A model generated the notes under the pieces. The model did no database searches, was not told where the DNA came from, and was given only the letters and a program-made list of their open reading frames with translations. 64,000 bases of DNA from Squalus acanthias (Eukaryota), in the NCBI GenBank assembly GCA_030390025.1, contig CM059425.1, positions 163,744,001 through 163,808,000 on the forward strand, in the 5' to 3' direction. Shown in pieces: positions 1 through 12,462 of the stretch (positions are counted from its first letter, which is position 1; every line of letters starts with the position of its first letter). A program made the position numbers and the translations under genes.

Positions 1-147
1 TGTAAACTAGTACCTGACAAAAATCAGAAAGTATTTGAGAATACTAGATTATGCCAGAACACAGCCATGCAATGACCTCAAAAATTGCCAGCAAAATATT
101 TCAAAAATTGAGTTTAGTCATTCAAAATAAAAATACATTTTCCTTAC

Positions 148-195
148 CCCTTGAAGTCCCTGGAACTGGATTGTTGTTTGAGAGATAGATGAATT
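148..195 (-). CDS. ELL2: ELL2 coding exon 2 (48 nt)
   Basis: TTCTTTTCAG acceptor and GGG|GTAAGG donor. Reads NSSISQTTIQFQGLQG in phase 0, matching the 16 residues that follow exon 1 in vertebrate ELL2 (..SIQFQGLHG). The gene continues off the left edge of the window. Confidence 0.9.
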
Positions 196-297
196 CTGAA
201 AAGAAAGCACAATCAGTTGCAAGATTAAACTATTCATTTCCACTTGTAAGGTATTGTACATCTAAACGCAGTTGTAAGTACATGTGTTACAAGCTAA

Positions 298-1420
298 CAC
301 CAACAACTTGCATTTATGTAGCACCTTTAACATAGTAAAATGTCTCAGAACATCACAGGAGCCTTATCAGACAAAATTTGACACCAAGCCACAGAGATAT
401 TAGCACCGTTAACAAAAAGCTTGGTCAAAGAGGTACATTTTAAGGAATATCTTAAAGGAAGAGACAGAGGTAGAGACGCAGGGAAGTTTAAGAGGGAATG
501 TCAGAACTTAGACAGCTGAACATATGGTCACCAATGGTGGGGCAATGGAAATTGGGGATGTGCAAGAGGCCAGAATTGGAGGAGCGCAGAGATGGGAGGG
601 TTGTAGGGCTGGAGGAGGTTACAGAGATAGGGAGGGGGGAGGCCATAGAGGAATTTGAACACAAGGATGAACATTTTAAAATCGAGGTGTTGCCAGACTG
701 GGAACCAATGTAAGTCAGAGAGCACAGGGGTTATAGATGAACGAGATTTGGTGCGAGGTAGGATACAGGCAACAGAGGTTTGGATAAACTGAAATTTACA
801 GAAGGTGCATGATGGGAGGCCAGCCAAGAGAACATTGGAATAGTTGAGTCTGGAGATAACGACAGCAAGGATGAGGGTTTCAGCAGCCGATGGGCTGAGG
901 CAGAGGCGGAGCTGAGCGATATTAGAGGTGGAAATGGGCGGTCTTGGCAATGGAGAGTATGGGGTCGAAAGCTCAGCTATAGGGTGGTGAGGTTGTGAAC
1001 AGTTGGGTTAAGCCTCAGACAGTGGCCAAGGAGGGGGATGGAGGCTCTGTGGTAGTGGCTAGGGAACAGAATTTGTGGCAGAGACTGAAGACAATGGCTT
1101 TGGTCTTTGCAATAATTAATTGGAGGAAATTTCTGCTCATCAAATACTGGATATCGAACAAGCAGTGTGCCAAATTAGGTAGTGGAGGGGTCAAGAGAGC
1201 TTGGTCTCATCAGCGTACATGTGGAATCTGATGTGTTTTCGGATTCTGTCGCCGAGGGGCATCATGTAGACAAGAAATAGGAGGGGGGCGAAGGATAGAT
1301 CCTCAAGGGACCAGAGGTAATGGTGCAGGAGCAGGAAGAGAAGACACTGCAGGTGATTCTCTGGCTATGACAAGACAGGAATGGAACCAGGTGAGGGCAG
1401 TCCCGGCCAGCAGGACACAA
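298..1420 (-). mobile_element. L2-clade LINE 3' fragment
   Basis: ORF 528..950 (SAAETLI..VISRLNYSNVLLAGLP..SITPVLSDLHWFPV) is an L2-type RT C-terminus. 3' tail resembles those at ~23060 and ~50630. Confidence 0.8.
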
Positions 1421-1699
1421 TAGCGCTAGCGCACGTGCAGGAAACTTGTTACCTTACATAATCCTAGTGTTATACAATAGAGTAGAATTTTTAAAGTTGA
1501 TTATAAATCAGACATGTATAGAAAAAACTGGCTTTTACTGATGCAAAATTGGTAAACATCCACATATATTATGAAAATGTCTTACATTAGATCTATATAC
1601 CAACTGACATAACTGCATTCTTGGAGTACTGAATTTCCTTAGTACCTAAGCATCAATGTAGCTTCTACCTCACTGAACCTACAAAATATCCCTCTAGCC

Positions 1700-2085
1700 A
1701 ATCTTCTCTCTTTCCTCAAAGCATTAACTTCTTGCTGGGGTATAGGGTATGAAAGGTGCCACATGCCCTCCAGTACATTACCCAAGTAGTCATTACTCAT
1801 ATGCAAGTGACAATAACAGCTTCTGTTAAGATACTCAATGGTATGGGGCATTACAGCCAAGTCTGATCCTGTCCGTGCACAAAGCCCACATACATGCACG
1901 CCCAGCAGGTACCACCGGATAGCAATCAAGAGCAAAAACACTGCTCAATTTTCCTCTCTAATCTGGAGGCACTAAGGCCAATTGTAGAGCCCCTGCCATC
2001 ACTTTACCCAAGATCAGCTAACTCAGCAGGTCATGGATCAAACCTAGGACCATCATGGTCTGTACTGTTTTGTTACTCACTGGAT
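1700..2085 (-). mobile_element. Decayed tRNA-headed SINE (possibly DeuSINE/SacSINE-like)
   Basis: AGATCAGCTAACTCAGCA..AACCT.GGA segment shared with 24190-24250; central part similar to 10420-10460 in opposite orientation. Family name is tentative. Confidence 0.45.
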
Positions 2086-2249
2086 AAATTCACAAACATC
2101 AGAACTGACCCCTACACAAATTATTCAATTGACTTGGAATGTGGAATATTGCAAAACATATGAAACTCTTCATCCTACAAATGCAGAATACACTCAAACT
2201 TTTACTTCTCCACCCCAGTCGCCAATTTCCTCCACTCTCCCTTAGAAAA

Positions 2250-3640
2250 AAAAATAGGGCCGAATGGCCTGCTCCTTCGAGCCTGCTCCACCATTCAATA
2301 TCATGGCTGATCCTCTATCTCAATACCATATTCCTGCTCTCTCCCCATACCCCTTGATGCCTTTTGTGTCTCGAAATCTATATCTCCTCCTTAAATATAT
2401 TCAATGACTTGGCCTCCACAGCCTTCTGTGGTAGAGAATTCCACAGGTTTACCACCCTGAGTGAAGAAATTTCTCATCTCAGTCCTAAATCTCCTACCCC
2501 ATATCCTGAGACTGTGACCCCTCGTTCTAGACCCCCCAGCCAGGGGAAACATCCTCCCTGGATACGGTCAGAATTTCATACGTTTCAATTAAATCTCCTC
2601 TCATTCTTCTAAACTCTAGTGAATACAGGCCTAGTTGACCCAATCTCCTCATAAGACAGTCCTGCCATCCCAGGAATCAGTCTGGTGAACCTTCGCTGCA
2701 CTCCCTCTATGGCAAGTATATCCTTTCTTAGGTAAGGAGACCAAAACTGCACACAGTACTCCAGGTGTGGTCTCACCAAGGCCCTGTATAACTGTAGTAA
2801 GACATCCTTGCTCCTATACTCAAAGCCTCTTGCAATGAAGGCCAACATACCATTTCCCTTTCTAACTGCTTGCTGCACCTGCATGTTTGCTTTGTGACTG
2901 GTGTACAAGGACACCCAGGTCCTTCTGTACATCAACATTTCCCAATCTATCACCATTTAAATAATACTCTGCCTTTCTGTTTTTCCTACCGAAGTGGATA
3001 ACTTCACATTTATCCACGTTATACTGCATCTACCATGTATTTGCCCACTCACTCAACTTGTCTAAATCTCCTTGAAGCCTCTTTGCATCCTCCTCACAAC
3101 TCACAATCCCACCTAGTTTCGTGTCGTCAGCAAACTTGGAAATATTACTTTTGGTTCCCTCATCCAAATCATTGATATATATTGTGAATAGCTGGGGCCC
3201 ATGCACTGATCCCTGCTGTACCCCACTAGTCACTGCCTGCCACCCCGAAAAAGACCCATTTATTCCTACTCTGTTTCCTGTCTGTTAACCAATTTTCAGT
3301 CCATGCCAGTATATTACCCCTAATCCCATGTGCTTTAATTTTGCACACTAACCTCTTGTGTGGGACTTTATCAAAGGCTTTCTCCACATTACATTCCATT
3401 TGCCATGTTCTTGGCCACTCACCATAGGCTGTCTATATCCCCTTGAAGCCTCTTTGCATCCTCCTCACAACTCACATTCCCACCTAGCTTTGTATCATCA
3501 GCAAACTTGGATATATTACATTTGGTCACCTCATCCAAATCATTGATGTATATTGTGAATAGCTGGGCCCAAGCACTGATCCTTGCGGTACTCCACTAGT
3601 CACCGCCTGCCACCCCGAAAAAGACCCATTTATTCCTACT
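2250..3640 (-). mobile_element. 5'-truncated CR1 LINE with internal duplication
   Basis: RT peptides [11 protein letters not shown] and LYRALVRPHLEYCVQFWSP; CR1 3' end near 2250-2310; ~3381-3640 repeats ~3012-3270. Confidence 0.9.
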
Positions 3641-3919
3641 CGCCCTTAAAAGGGCATTAACTCCTTGTTGGTTTATATTTCCATAGATGCCAAATGCCTT
3701 ACAGTAGAGATTGAGGAATAACAATCCGAAGTGGAAATCTTGTCCAATATTCCTTTCACTGGACCAGGACACTACCACCACCCTGGTTGAGATCAACTAA
3801 CATGGCAATAAACAAAGATCAAATCTTCTTGACAGTGTGGCTGAGCTACTAAGTGAATAAACTCATTCTGGCAGTGGAGGAGACTTTTTTTTTTTAAACA
3901 TTCCTACAAGAAAAAGTTG

Positions 3920-4740
3920 AGGACAAAAAAAATGGCTATTCACCCCATCAAGCTCATCCCTGATGTAATTCAAACCACCCAGCTGAGCATCCAACTGCAT
4001 GTTGAACTTCAACATCTCGCTTCCACTGACTTACCTAGTAAACTATTCCAAATGCTTATCGTTCGAGTAGGGTCGGTTTTAAACATACTGTTCACTACTT
4101 TAAACTTGCGCCCTTTTGTCCTACTGGCCTGGATGACCTCAACATTCTAGATTTACTGTACCTATGGTATTTAATACTTATGTATGCCTATATGTATCAT
4201 ATACACACACATCTCAATGAAGTCACCATTAAACCTGGTCTCAAGTGTAGTGCAAGGTTTTCACATCTTTCCTCATAACTCACCCCCTTTAGACTTGGGA
4301 TGACTCTTGTTTGCTATTTCTGCACTGTTTCCAATACCCTTTGAAATATCGAAACTAGAGCTGCATGCAGTATTCCAAGTGAAATTTGCATTTAATTATA
4401 TAGCCTCAGCACAATTTTCTGTAGAGTTATAATCCATTGTTTTAAGTATCCTAAAATTCTATTTAATTTTTATTACTTGTCCATAGTCAACACTGAAAAC
4501 ATCAACTGTCAATCTCAGTGCTAAAGTCTCCTTATTTCCTTCAATACATGTTGCTTGTTCTTCCAATCTGTAATATTATGTATGCCAGTGCCTGCCCAAT
4601 TACATAACAAATCTAAATCTTTCCAGAGAACCTTCAATGTATTCAGACACTTTTACACTCCCAATTTTAGTTTGCTACAAATTTAAGAAACTTACATTTG
4701 GTTTCAGCATTCATTTCATTAATTTTGATAGTAATCAGGG
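3920..4740 (-). mobile_element. Old, highly decayed CR1-like 3' remnant
   Basis: Weak resemblance to CR1 3' RT/UTR motifs (CTGCATGCAGTATTCCAAGTG; CCCAATTTTAGT..CAAATTT). Confidence 0.4.
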
Positions 4741-6929
4741 TACCAAGTACATTTCACAGGTAACAATTGCTTGCACAAGATAAAAGTTCTTAACATGATC
4801 ATACACTTGGGACAAGTTACATTTATTTTGTCACTACTACATTCAAGTCTGTGTGGAACCCCCAGTCACTAATTCTGCACAAAATAAACCTGGCTGCCTT
4901 AAACCAGCCTATGAAAACTTTTATTTATTCAACTGTGTTGTAATAATCAATTTGCACGCCGACAAGTAAAATTTTATTTGCATATATGCACCAGTCCAAA
5001 CAGGACACAGACTAATCATGTTTGTGAGATTATATTTAAGTCAAATATACACAAGTGCTTTAAAAAAAGCCTCTAAAGGTTACTTTGACCTCAGATTTTG
5101 TAATACTTTGCATGCGTCATGTTAACAACTCACCATGTTTGCCTAAGCAATCATCCTGTCAGAGAAGGGTTCCTCTGTGCTTTAAAAATTATTTTCATGG
5201 ACAAAAATTTAAACTATAAATTTTCTTATCCAGTGAGTCATTCCCATATTCAGGTCAGTTAGGAAACAAATCTTCTACAACTTGGTTAGAAGCATTGTGC
5301 TTTGAAGATAAATAAAATATCCAGATATACATTTATTCCTAGCTTAACTAAATATGTTGGCTTCATTTTTGTGTTTCATTCTACCATGGGCTATTGGGGA
5401 GAATTAAATTATGTACCATCAGATCAGCTCAGAGGTTCCAAAATCACAAAATCAATTTCATTTGTTCCTTTTGCACCAACCCAAGATATTAGTGAAAACA
5501 ATGCCAACAAGGTCAACATTTTTCTACGTCCAAACCTGCCACATTCCCCCTCTACCCACCCAAAATAAAAGAAAAAAAGCTCCCAATGACTTACCTAGCT
5601 AGACTGAACTTTACAAATGGCCTTATTCCTACTGGAATGAGAAACCGCAAAGTGGCACCACTTATTTACAATTGTGGCACAGTACTTGTTCCTTGTGCCA
5701 AAATATTTGAAGTCAGCAGTCATGGTTCTTCAGCAGTCACCATTCTTCTTATTCCTTTCGGCCCTTGCTTGCTCTAATTTATTTTATTCTCCACTCCTTC
5801 AATCATGCCCCTTCATTTATTCAATTTCCTGCCAACCTGCTCAGTGATTCTCCCCACTCTTGTCAGAAAAAAATTAATTGTTGCTTAAAGCCAAGGAGGC
5901 ATAAAATAGAAAGCCAAAAAAAGACTTGGAGAAAATCAAGAAAACGGCAAAACAAACAAACAGAAGGCAAGAAATAAGATACGTTTAAAAAAAACTTACT
6001 CAATTTTTGTTACCACCTCAATTATCTACTGAGTAATGCCACTGAAGATCCACTAGCATGCAATAACTAAAAATAGTTAAGAGCATTGCATTAGGAAGTC
6101 TATTTTGTGGTTTCATGTAACAAATTAAAATCTATCACAAATGCAGGAAAAGGGTTGTTGTCTCAATCTGTCACTCTAAAATTCTCAATTAGAAGTGCAA
6201 TACTGCACAGAAATAGCCAATATTTGTAGTTAAAAGCCATTTATCACAATGGAATCACGGTATGATAGATGGTGCCCCAGGCAAAACAGCAACATCCAGA
6301 CTTAATGTTTAAAAAAAATTCTAAGCATTTTGTACAAACAAAGCAGCATTGTTTACTATGCCTAATTTGACAGTCGCATTTTCATTGCATGAACAGAAAT
6401 ATTCTCTAATTGTAATCTAATTCACAAATAAAAAAACTTCAATTCAATTAATAAGCAGATCATGGAATTGATTAATATTCCACAAAAATAATGGGATAAA
6501 AGTTAGCAACCGTTAAACTGTGTCTATGTGACAAGAGCAAAGACACTAGAATCGTCTGAACTTTGAATACATTTTAATTGCATTTTTAATGAAAGAATTC
6601 AAATACATGATTGACAGCTTTATTTTCTTGAAGTTGCAGCTGAACCAAGTATAAGCTGGCCTCAAAAACTGGGCCAACTGCCATTTCTAAACCAAGATAT
6701 CTGAGCAGAACACTGTGTTTTTACAAAATTAGACAAATGGTGAAGTCAAGCAAATAATTTCCATTGGTGACCTTTACATAATAGACTATGAAGAACCAAC
6801 TGTTAACAGCTATAAACATCTTAATTCATTTTTATACCTGGGTAGTTGGTAATAAAAATAATTGACCGAGTTGATTGTGGTCAGAATTTCCTTTTATTTG
6901 GGGTATATTTGGGTACAGTAAACTAACCA

Positions 6930-8540
6930 AACACCATCACCTCCATCCCCCACCAGGACAGCCTGAGGCTCTCCGCTTCTTCCGTGAACAGAGGCCCTAC
7001 TAGTCCCCATCCACCACCACCCTCCTCCGCCTGGCTGAACTTCTCACATTGAACAACTTCTCCTTTCCTCCAAATAAAATGCGTTGCTATGGGAACCTGT
7101 CTGCATCCTAGCTACGCCTGCCTTTTTGTGGGATATGTAGAACATTCTTTGTTCTAGTCCTACTCCGGTCCCCTCCCTCACCTCTTTCTGGTACATTTGA
7201 TGACTATCTGCTGTTTCCTGCTCTCGCTCTGAACTGGAATGTTTCATCAACTTTGCTTCCAATTTCCGCCCTTCCCTCACCTTCACATGGTCCATCTTCG
7301 ACTCTTCCCTTCCTCGACTTCTATAACGCCAACAACTTCTGGGGATAGGCTATCGACCAATATCCACTATAAGCCCACTGATTCCCACAGCTACCTTGAC
7401 TACACTTCATCCCACCCAGCTTCTTGCAAGGACTATATTCCATTCTCCCAGTTTCTCCGTCGCAACCGTGCCGATGATACCACCTTCCATACTAGTGGCT
7501 TTGATAGGTCTTCCTTTTTCCTCAACCGAGGATTCCCCTCCACTGTGGTTGACAGGGTGCCCGATTGTGTCCATTCCATTTCCCACACTTCTGCCCTCAA
7601 CCCTTCCCCTCCCTCCCATAACCACAATAGGGTTCCCCTTGTCCTCACCTTTCACATTCAACGGATCATCCTACACCATTTCTGCCACCTCCAGCGTGAT
7701 CCCACCACCAAACACATCTTCCCCCCTCCCCTCCCCGTCAGCATTCCAAAGGGACCGCTCCCTCCGAGACACCCTGATCCACCCCTCTATCACCCCCAAC
7801 AAACTCCCCTTCTCACGGCACCTTCCAGTGCAAGCGCAGGAGGTGCAACAACTGCACTTTCACCTCGTCCTTTCCCACCTTCCAGGACCTCAAACACTCC
7901 TTCCAGGTGAAACAGCGATTTACTCATACTTTCAATTTAGTACACTAGTCGCTGCTCACGATGCAGTCTCCTCTACATTGTGGAACATCTCCGTTCAGTC
8001 CGCAAGCATGACCGAGCTTCTGGTCGCCTGTCATTTTAAGTCTCCGCCCCACTCCCTCTTTGTCCTCGGCCTCCTACACTGCTCCAATGAAGCTCAACGC
8101 GAGCTCGAGGAACAGCACCTCATCTTTCTATTAGACACTTTACAGCCTTCCGGACTCATTGAGTTCAACAATTTCAGATCATAACCTCTGCCCCTATTTT
8201 TTTTTCGGATGCCAGCTGTGGCTGATGATTGATATTCCTATCAAAACCTCCTCTAGACCCATCTTTTGTTTCTTTACTTGTCCCATTACCATCTTCTTTC
8301 ACCTTGCGCAATCATCCCTTGTGTTATTAAATCTCTCCTGCCCTCCACCCCATCACAGATCTTCCCTTTTGTTCTTCACTCCCCTCGCCCCTTTCCCGGT
8401 CTCTGTATTTACTTAAAACCGGTTACATCTCTAACTTTTTCCAGTTCTGATGAAGGGTCATCGACCTGACACATTAACTCGGTTTCTCTCTCCACAGATG
8501 CTGCCCGACCTGCTGAGTATTTCCAGCATTTTCTATTTTT
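6930..8540 (+). mobile_element. Penelope-like element (degenerate RT and GIY-YIG region) with hammerhead-containing terminal repeat
   Basis: Fragments AMGT..PSYACLFVGYVEH, LSTNIHYKPTDSHSYLDYTSSHP, IPFSQFLR and C-terminal EEQHLIF.L.TLQP.GL.EFNNFRS* are typical of Penelope-like ORFs. Many frameshifts. Confidence 0.88.
8443..8479 (+). ncRNA. Minimal type I hammerhead ribozyme, degenerate copy
   Basis: AGTT CTGATGA AGGGTC ATC GACCT GACAC ATT AACT. The core GAAA is mutated to GACA, so probably inactive. Confidence 0.6.
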
Positions 8541-9611
8541 ATCCTAAATTTACATTATGTGTCCATTTTCTGCCCAAGGTATGCTCCACCGCATCAACTA
8601 TTTGCTTAACAGGAAATCAACCAGGTGCAACAAGCGCAGTGCTCACTACAGGCTCGTTTTGTGCAGTCGGACTGGATTCCAGGTCCACATCTTACATTTC
8701 AGAAACAGAACTTCCCTCTTATTTAGATACCAAACCCCAACTCAGCAGTGAAAGCCAGTGACCTGAATTAACAGCACAATAATAGCGGAGGCGGATGGCA
8801 CGAGAGAAATGGAGAAATAAACAGGGCCCTGAGCAACTTTATCAACCCGACCTCGTCGACATAAATTCTTGTGACAAGAGCAGCACCCCCTCTTTCCTCC
8901 TCCCCAACCCTTTCACAAATAGCTGGCGGTATCGCAAAGGACACGAGCGCCCAGACTAGGCTTATCCGTCTGTCCGAGAAGCACATGACCATGAATATAA
9001 AGCTCAATCTCGGGTACAAGGAACACCTTCAGCTATTTTATTAACTCAGACTGAAGACATTGAAGGAGAGAGTCACACTGGAACATGATTATTAAGGCTT
9101 TGCCGCAGTCCCGGAGACCGGAAAGTCTCTTTCTTTCTGCCCACCCCTTTTCTTCTTCACCTCCCCCCCAGGCCATGTGGTATGCACACACTCTCCATTG
9201 ATGGTGCCCCCTCCCCATCTCAAACACCAGCTTAATTAGGAAAAAAGTCTCTTTTCAAACACACAAGCAGCTTCCAACCGACACAGGGCAGCGCCACACA
9301 AGGGGAAAAGGGTTGAAAGGAAGGCTCGCGCAACTTCAGCACTCAACGCTGGCCAACTCGTGGATTTCCCCACCACCAACTCCGGTTTTAATGCCCCGGA
9401 ACAGAAGTTATAACTCCCACTATTTTATTTAATAGTTAATTGCAGTGAGTGGTTCATGAACCCGGAAGCGAATAGGGCTGGATCAAAAAAAAATGTAGAG
9501 ATAAATACTGCTGTTAAAGGGACTTGTCTAACCATACAAATGGTGTCCAACAAGAACCTGAATTGACTGCGCATACACTGTCTTTGTATCGCTGAGACTA
9601 TTACTTACGTC

Positions 9612-9673
9612 TCAATATACAGAGGAGACTGCTGATGTTTATGCCATAAACATTAGTCTCCTCTGTATATTGA
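9612..9673. repeat. Near-perfect 62-nt inverted repeat (hairpin)
   Basis: TCAATATACAGAGGAGACT-GCTG-ATGTTTATG C CATAAACAT-T-AGTCTCCTCTGTATATTGA: 19-bp plus 9-bp stems. Confidence 0.9.
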
Positions 9674-10169
9674 TGGGACAAACCAACTGGCAGTCCCCCT
9701 GAAATCTTTTCGCAGACCCCCTGCTCTTCAAGATAAAGAAAGTCATCCTCTCATTTGTTGTTTCAAATGGGTGCTAAACAAAAGCATCCAACTGTCCCAG
9801 GGAGTGGCTGTACTGTGAAGTCACATGGGACAACTTTCATTCATATTGAGCTTTTAATGCGAAGAAACATCCCAAGATACTTCACCGATAGGCATAAGGA
9901 AATGGGCAAAGGCACGTGCCAAGTATCAATTCCTGAGATTTGGAAGAGAGCAGGGAGATATAGAATTTGAAGAAGCAACTGTGCTAAATTCAATTTATGT
10001 TGCTAAATTCATTTAGCAACATCACAAACTCTTCAATTTGAAAGATTCCTAGGCTAGTGTTAATTCATGAAGTCATAATTAATTTTACAAAGCTCAATGA
10101 TTTTCACCAGTTAAATAGGGCACATTTCCTGTACTCCATCAGCTTCAGTGAATAAAATACACCTCAAGG

Positions 10170-10520
10170 TAGCTGCTAATGGGTCAGAGCTGGTAAAGAC
10201 ATCAGCTCAGACTCCGATGGGGCAGGGGGTAATCCCAGATTCAATTCCTGCTTCATGCTACAATTGGCTGCAACACCCAGATTAGGGAAGGATAAAAAAA
10301 GGGATTCCCACCCCCAACTGTTACATGGTGACCCCTGTTTGAAATGTACATGAGTGAACGCCAGGTAAAGACAGGAGGAGCAGGATAGCCTGCCAACACA
10401 ACACTGAACTTTTATACATGAATAATGACCACTTGGACAAGGTACCAGATAACAACCAAACCCCATTAAAGAAAGTCAACTGCTTCCAAACGACTCCATA
10501 AACGGCTCTTCTAAAAGCGT
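10170..10520 (+). mobile_element. Decayed tRNA-headed SINE
   Basis: B-box-like CCCAGATTCAATTCC; segment ATGAATAATGACCACTTGG is the reverse-complement counterpart of 1780-1802. Confidence 0.4.
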
Positions 10521-11139
10521 CATCATACAAAATAACTACATTAGGTATTTCAATTTACTTAAAAAGTCACGTAGCTGCAGTACACAAATTGCATAAATGC
10601 AGCATTGTGATTCCAAGGCTGAAAGTAACATTGATCTTTAAATATTAAAACAAAGTATTGCACTAGATTGGTCTATGAATGGACAGCTTCTCAGTTGCAA
10701 TTCTAATCATATTTTATCAATAGATCTAGTCACTAGATCACATTTGCTTCAGATTTAGGCAAGCTATAAATTGGATTCTCCCTTTTCAGAAAGCTCTCCA
10801 AATAGACCCATGTGTTACTTCCAAGACAATCCATTTGTAAATCTTTTACGGCAGCGACTGCACTCTGATCTTTTTATATCCAGAAGGTTATTAGCAATCT
10901 AACCAAATGCAGACTCAACATGAACACACATGGAAAATCATATTGCTCATGGTGCTCTCCATACTTCATTCTTCAAATTCAACACCCTAACCCCATATTC
11001 ATCCTAAATACAACTTTAACACTTGAAGATTTAACATTACTCCAGTGTGTATATTGGAGGTCCAAAATAATTCAAGCAATAGAATTGCAATCTAGAAGAT
11101 ATGCTAAACCCCACTAGAATTGTTGCCACTCTTTCACTC

Positions 11140-11530
11140 CCACTTCCTCATTTACATGCTGCCCCTTGGTGACATCAACCGAAGACCAAGGGTCAGCTTC
11201 CACACGTACACTGACAATACCCAGCTCTACCGCTCCACCACCTATATTAACCCTTCATCAGACTGATTATCCCGCATCCAAGCTTCGTCTTCTGGCCCAA
11301 CCACAAACACCGTACCCTTGCCACTGCTTCTATCCCCCACACGACTATGTCAGGTTGAACCAGAATGTTCATAACCTCAGCATCAGACTTGACCCAGAGC
11401 TATACTACTGACCCCATTCTTCCATCAAAGATTGTCTATTTCCACCACCATAATATCGCCCGCTTCCACCCTGCCACAGCTCACCTGCTGCTGAAAATCA
11501 GCAGCTATGCTTTTGTCACCTCCAGGCTCA
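11140..11530 (+). mobile_element. L2-clade LINE fragment
   Basis: VRLNQNVHNL..DPEL, FHHHNIARF and AFVTSRLN motifs, as in 22030-23065. Confidence 0.7.
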
Positions 11531-11531
11531 A

Positions 11532-12215
11532 TTTTTTTTTTTTTTAATTCATTCCTGGGATGTGGGTGTCGCTAGCAAGGCCAGCATTTATTGCCCATCC
11601 CTAATTGCCCTCAAGAAGGTGGTGCGGTGAAGGTACTCCCATTGTGCTGTTAGGGAGGGAGTCCCATGATTTTGAGCCAATGGCGATGAAGGAACGGCAA
11701 TTTATTTTCCAAGTCAGGATGGCATGTAACTTGGAGGTGGTGGTGTTCCCATGCGCCTGCTGCCCTTGTCCTTCTAGGTGGTAGAGGTCACGGGTTTGGG
11801 AGGTGCTGTCGAAGAAACCTTGGTGAGTTGCTGCAGTGCATCTTGTAGATGGTACACACTGCAGCCACGGTACGCCGGTGGTGGAGGGAGTGAATGTTTA
11901 AGGTGGTGGATGGGGTGAAAATCAAGCGGGCTGCTTTGTCCTGGATGGTGTCGAGCTTCTTGTGTTGTTGGAGCTGCACTCATCCAGGCAAATGGCGAGT
12001 ATTCCATCATACTCCTGACTTGTGCCTTGTAGATGGTGGAAAGGCTTTGGGGAATCAAGAGGTGAGATACTCGCCACAGAATACCCAACCTCTGACCTGC
12101 TCTTGTAGCCACAGTATTTATATGGCTGGTCCAGTTAAGTTTCTGGTCAATGGTGACTCCCAGGATGTTGATGGTGGGGGATTCAGCGATGTTACTTCCG
12201 TTGAATGGCAAGGGG
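11532..12215 (-). mobile_element. 5'-truncated LINE of a distinct CR1/L2-group lineage (Crack/Daphne-like) with poly(A) end
   Basis: ILGVTIDQKLNWTSHI..IYKAQVRSMMEYSP..KLDTIQDKAARLI..SLHHRRTVAA RT C-terminus; T-run at 11532-11545. Clade assignment is tentative. Confidence 0.7.
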
Positions 12216-12293
12216 CTGTTTTTAGATTCCAATGCTCCCATGGGCGGCCTCCTATTCTCCACCCTCCATAAACTTGTGCGAGTGTGAGTGAAA

Positions 12294-12462
12294 GCAGCAG
12301 CAGTGGCGAGAGGATACAGAGCAGCCCGAGAGCAGACCTGAATTAAAGCAGCAGCGAGAGGATAAAGAGCAGCCCGGGAGTGGACCTGAATTAAAGCAGC
12401 AGCAGTGGCGAGAGGATAAAGAGCAGCCCGAGAGCGGACCTGAATTAAAGCAGCGGCAGCGC
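12294..12462 (+). repeat. Three 48-54-bp tandem monomers at the 5' end of CR1 copy A
   Basis: Unit GCAGCAGCAGTGGCGAGAGGATAAAGAGCAGCCCGAGAGCGGACCTGAATTAAA. Confidence 0.9.
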
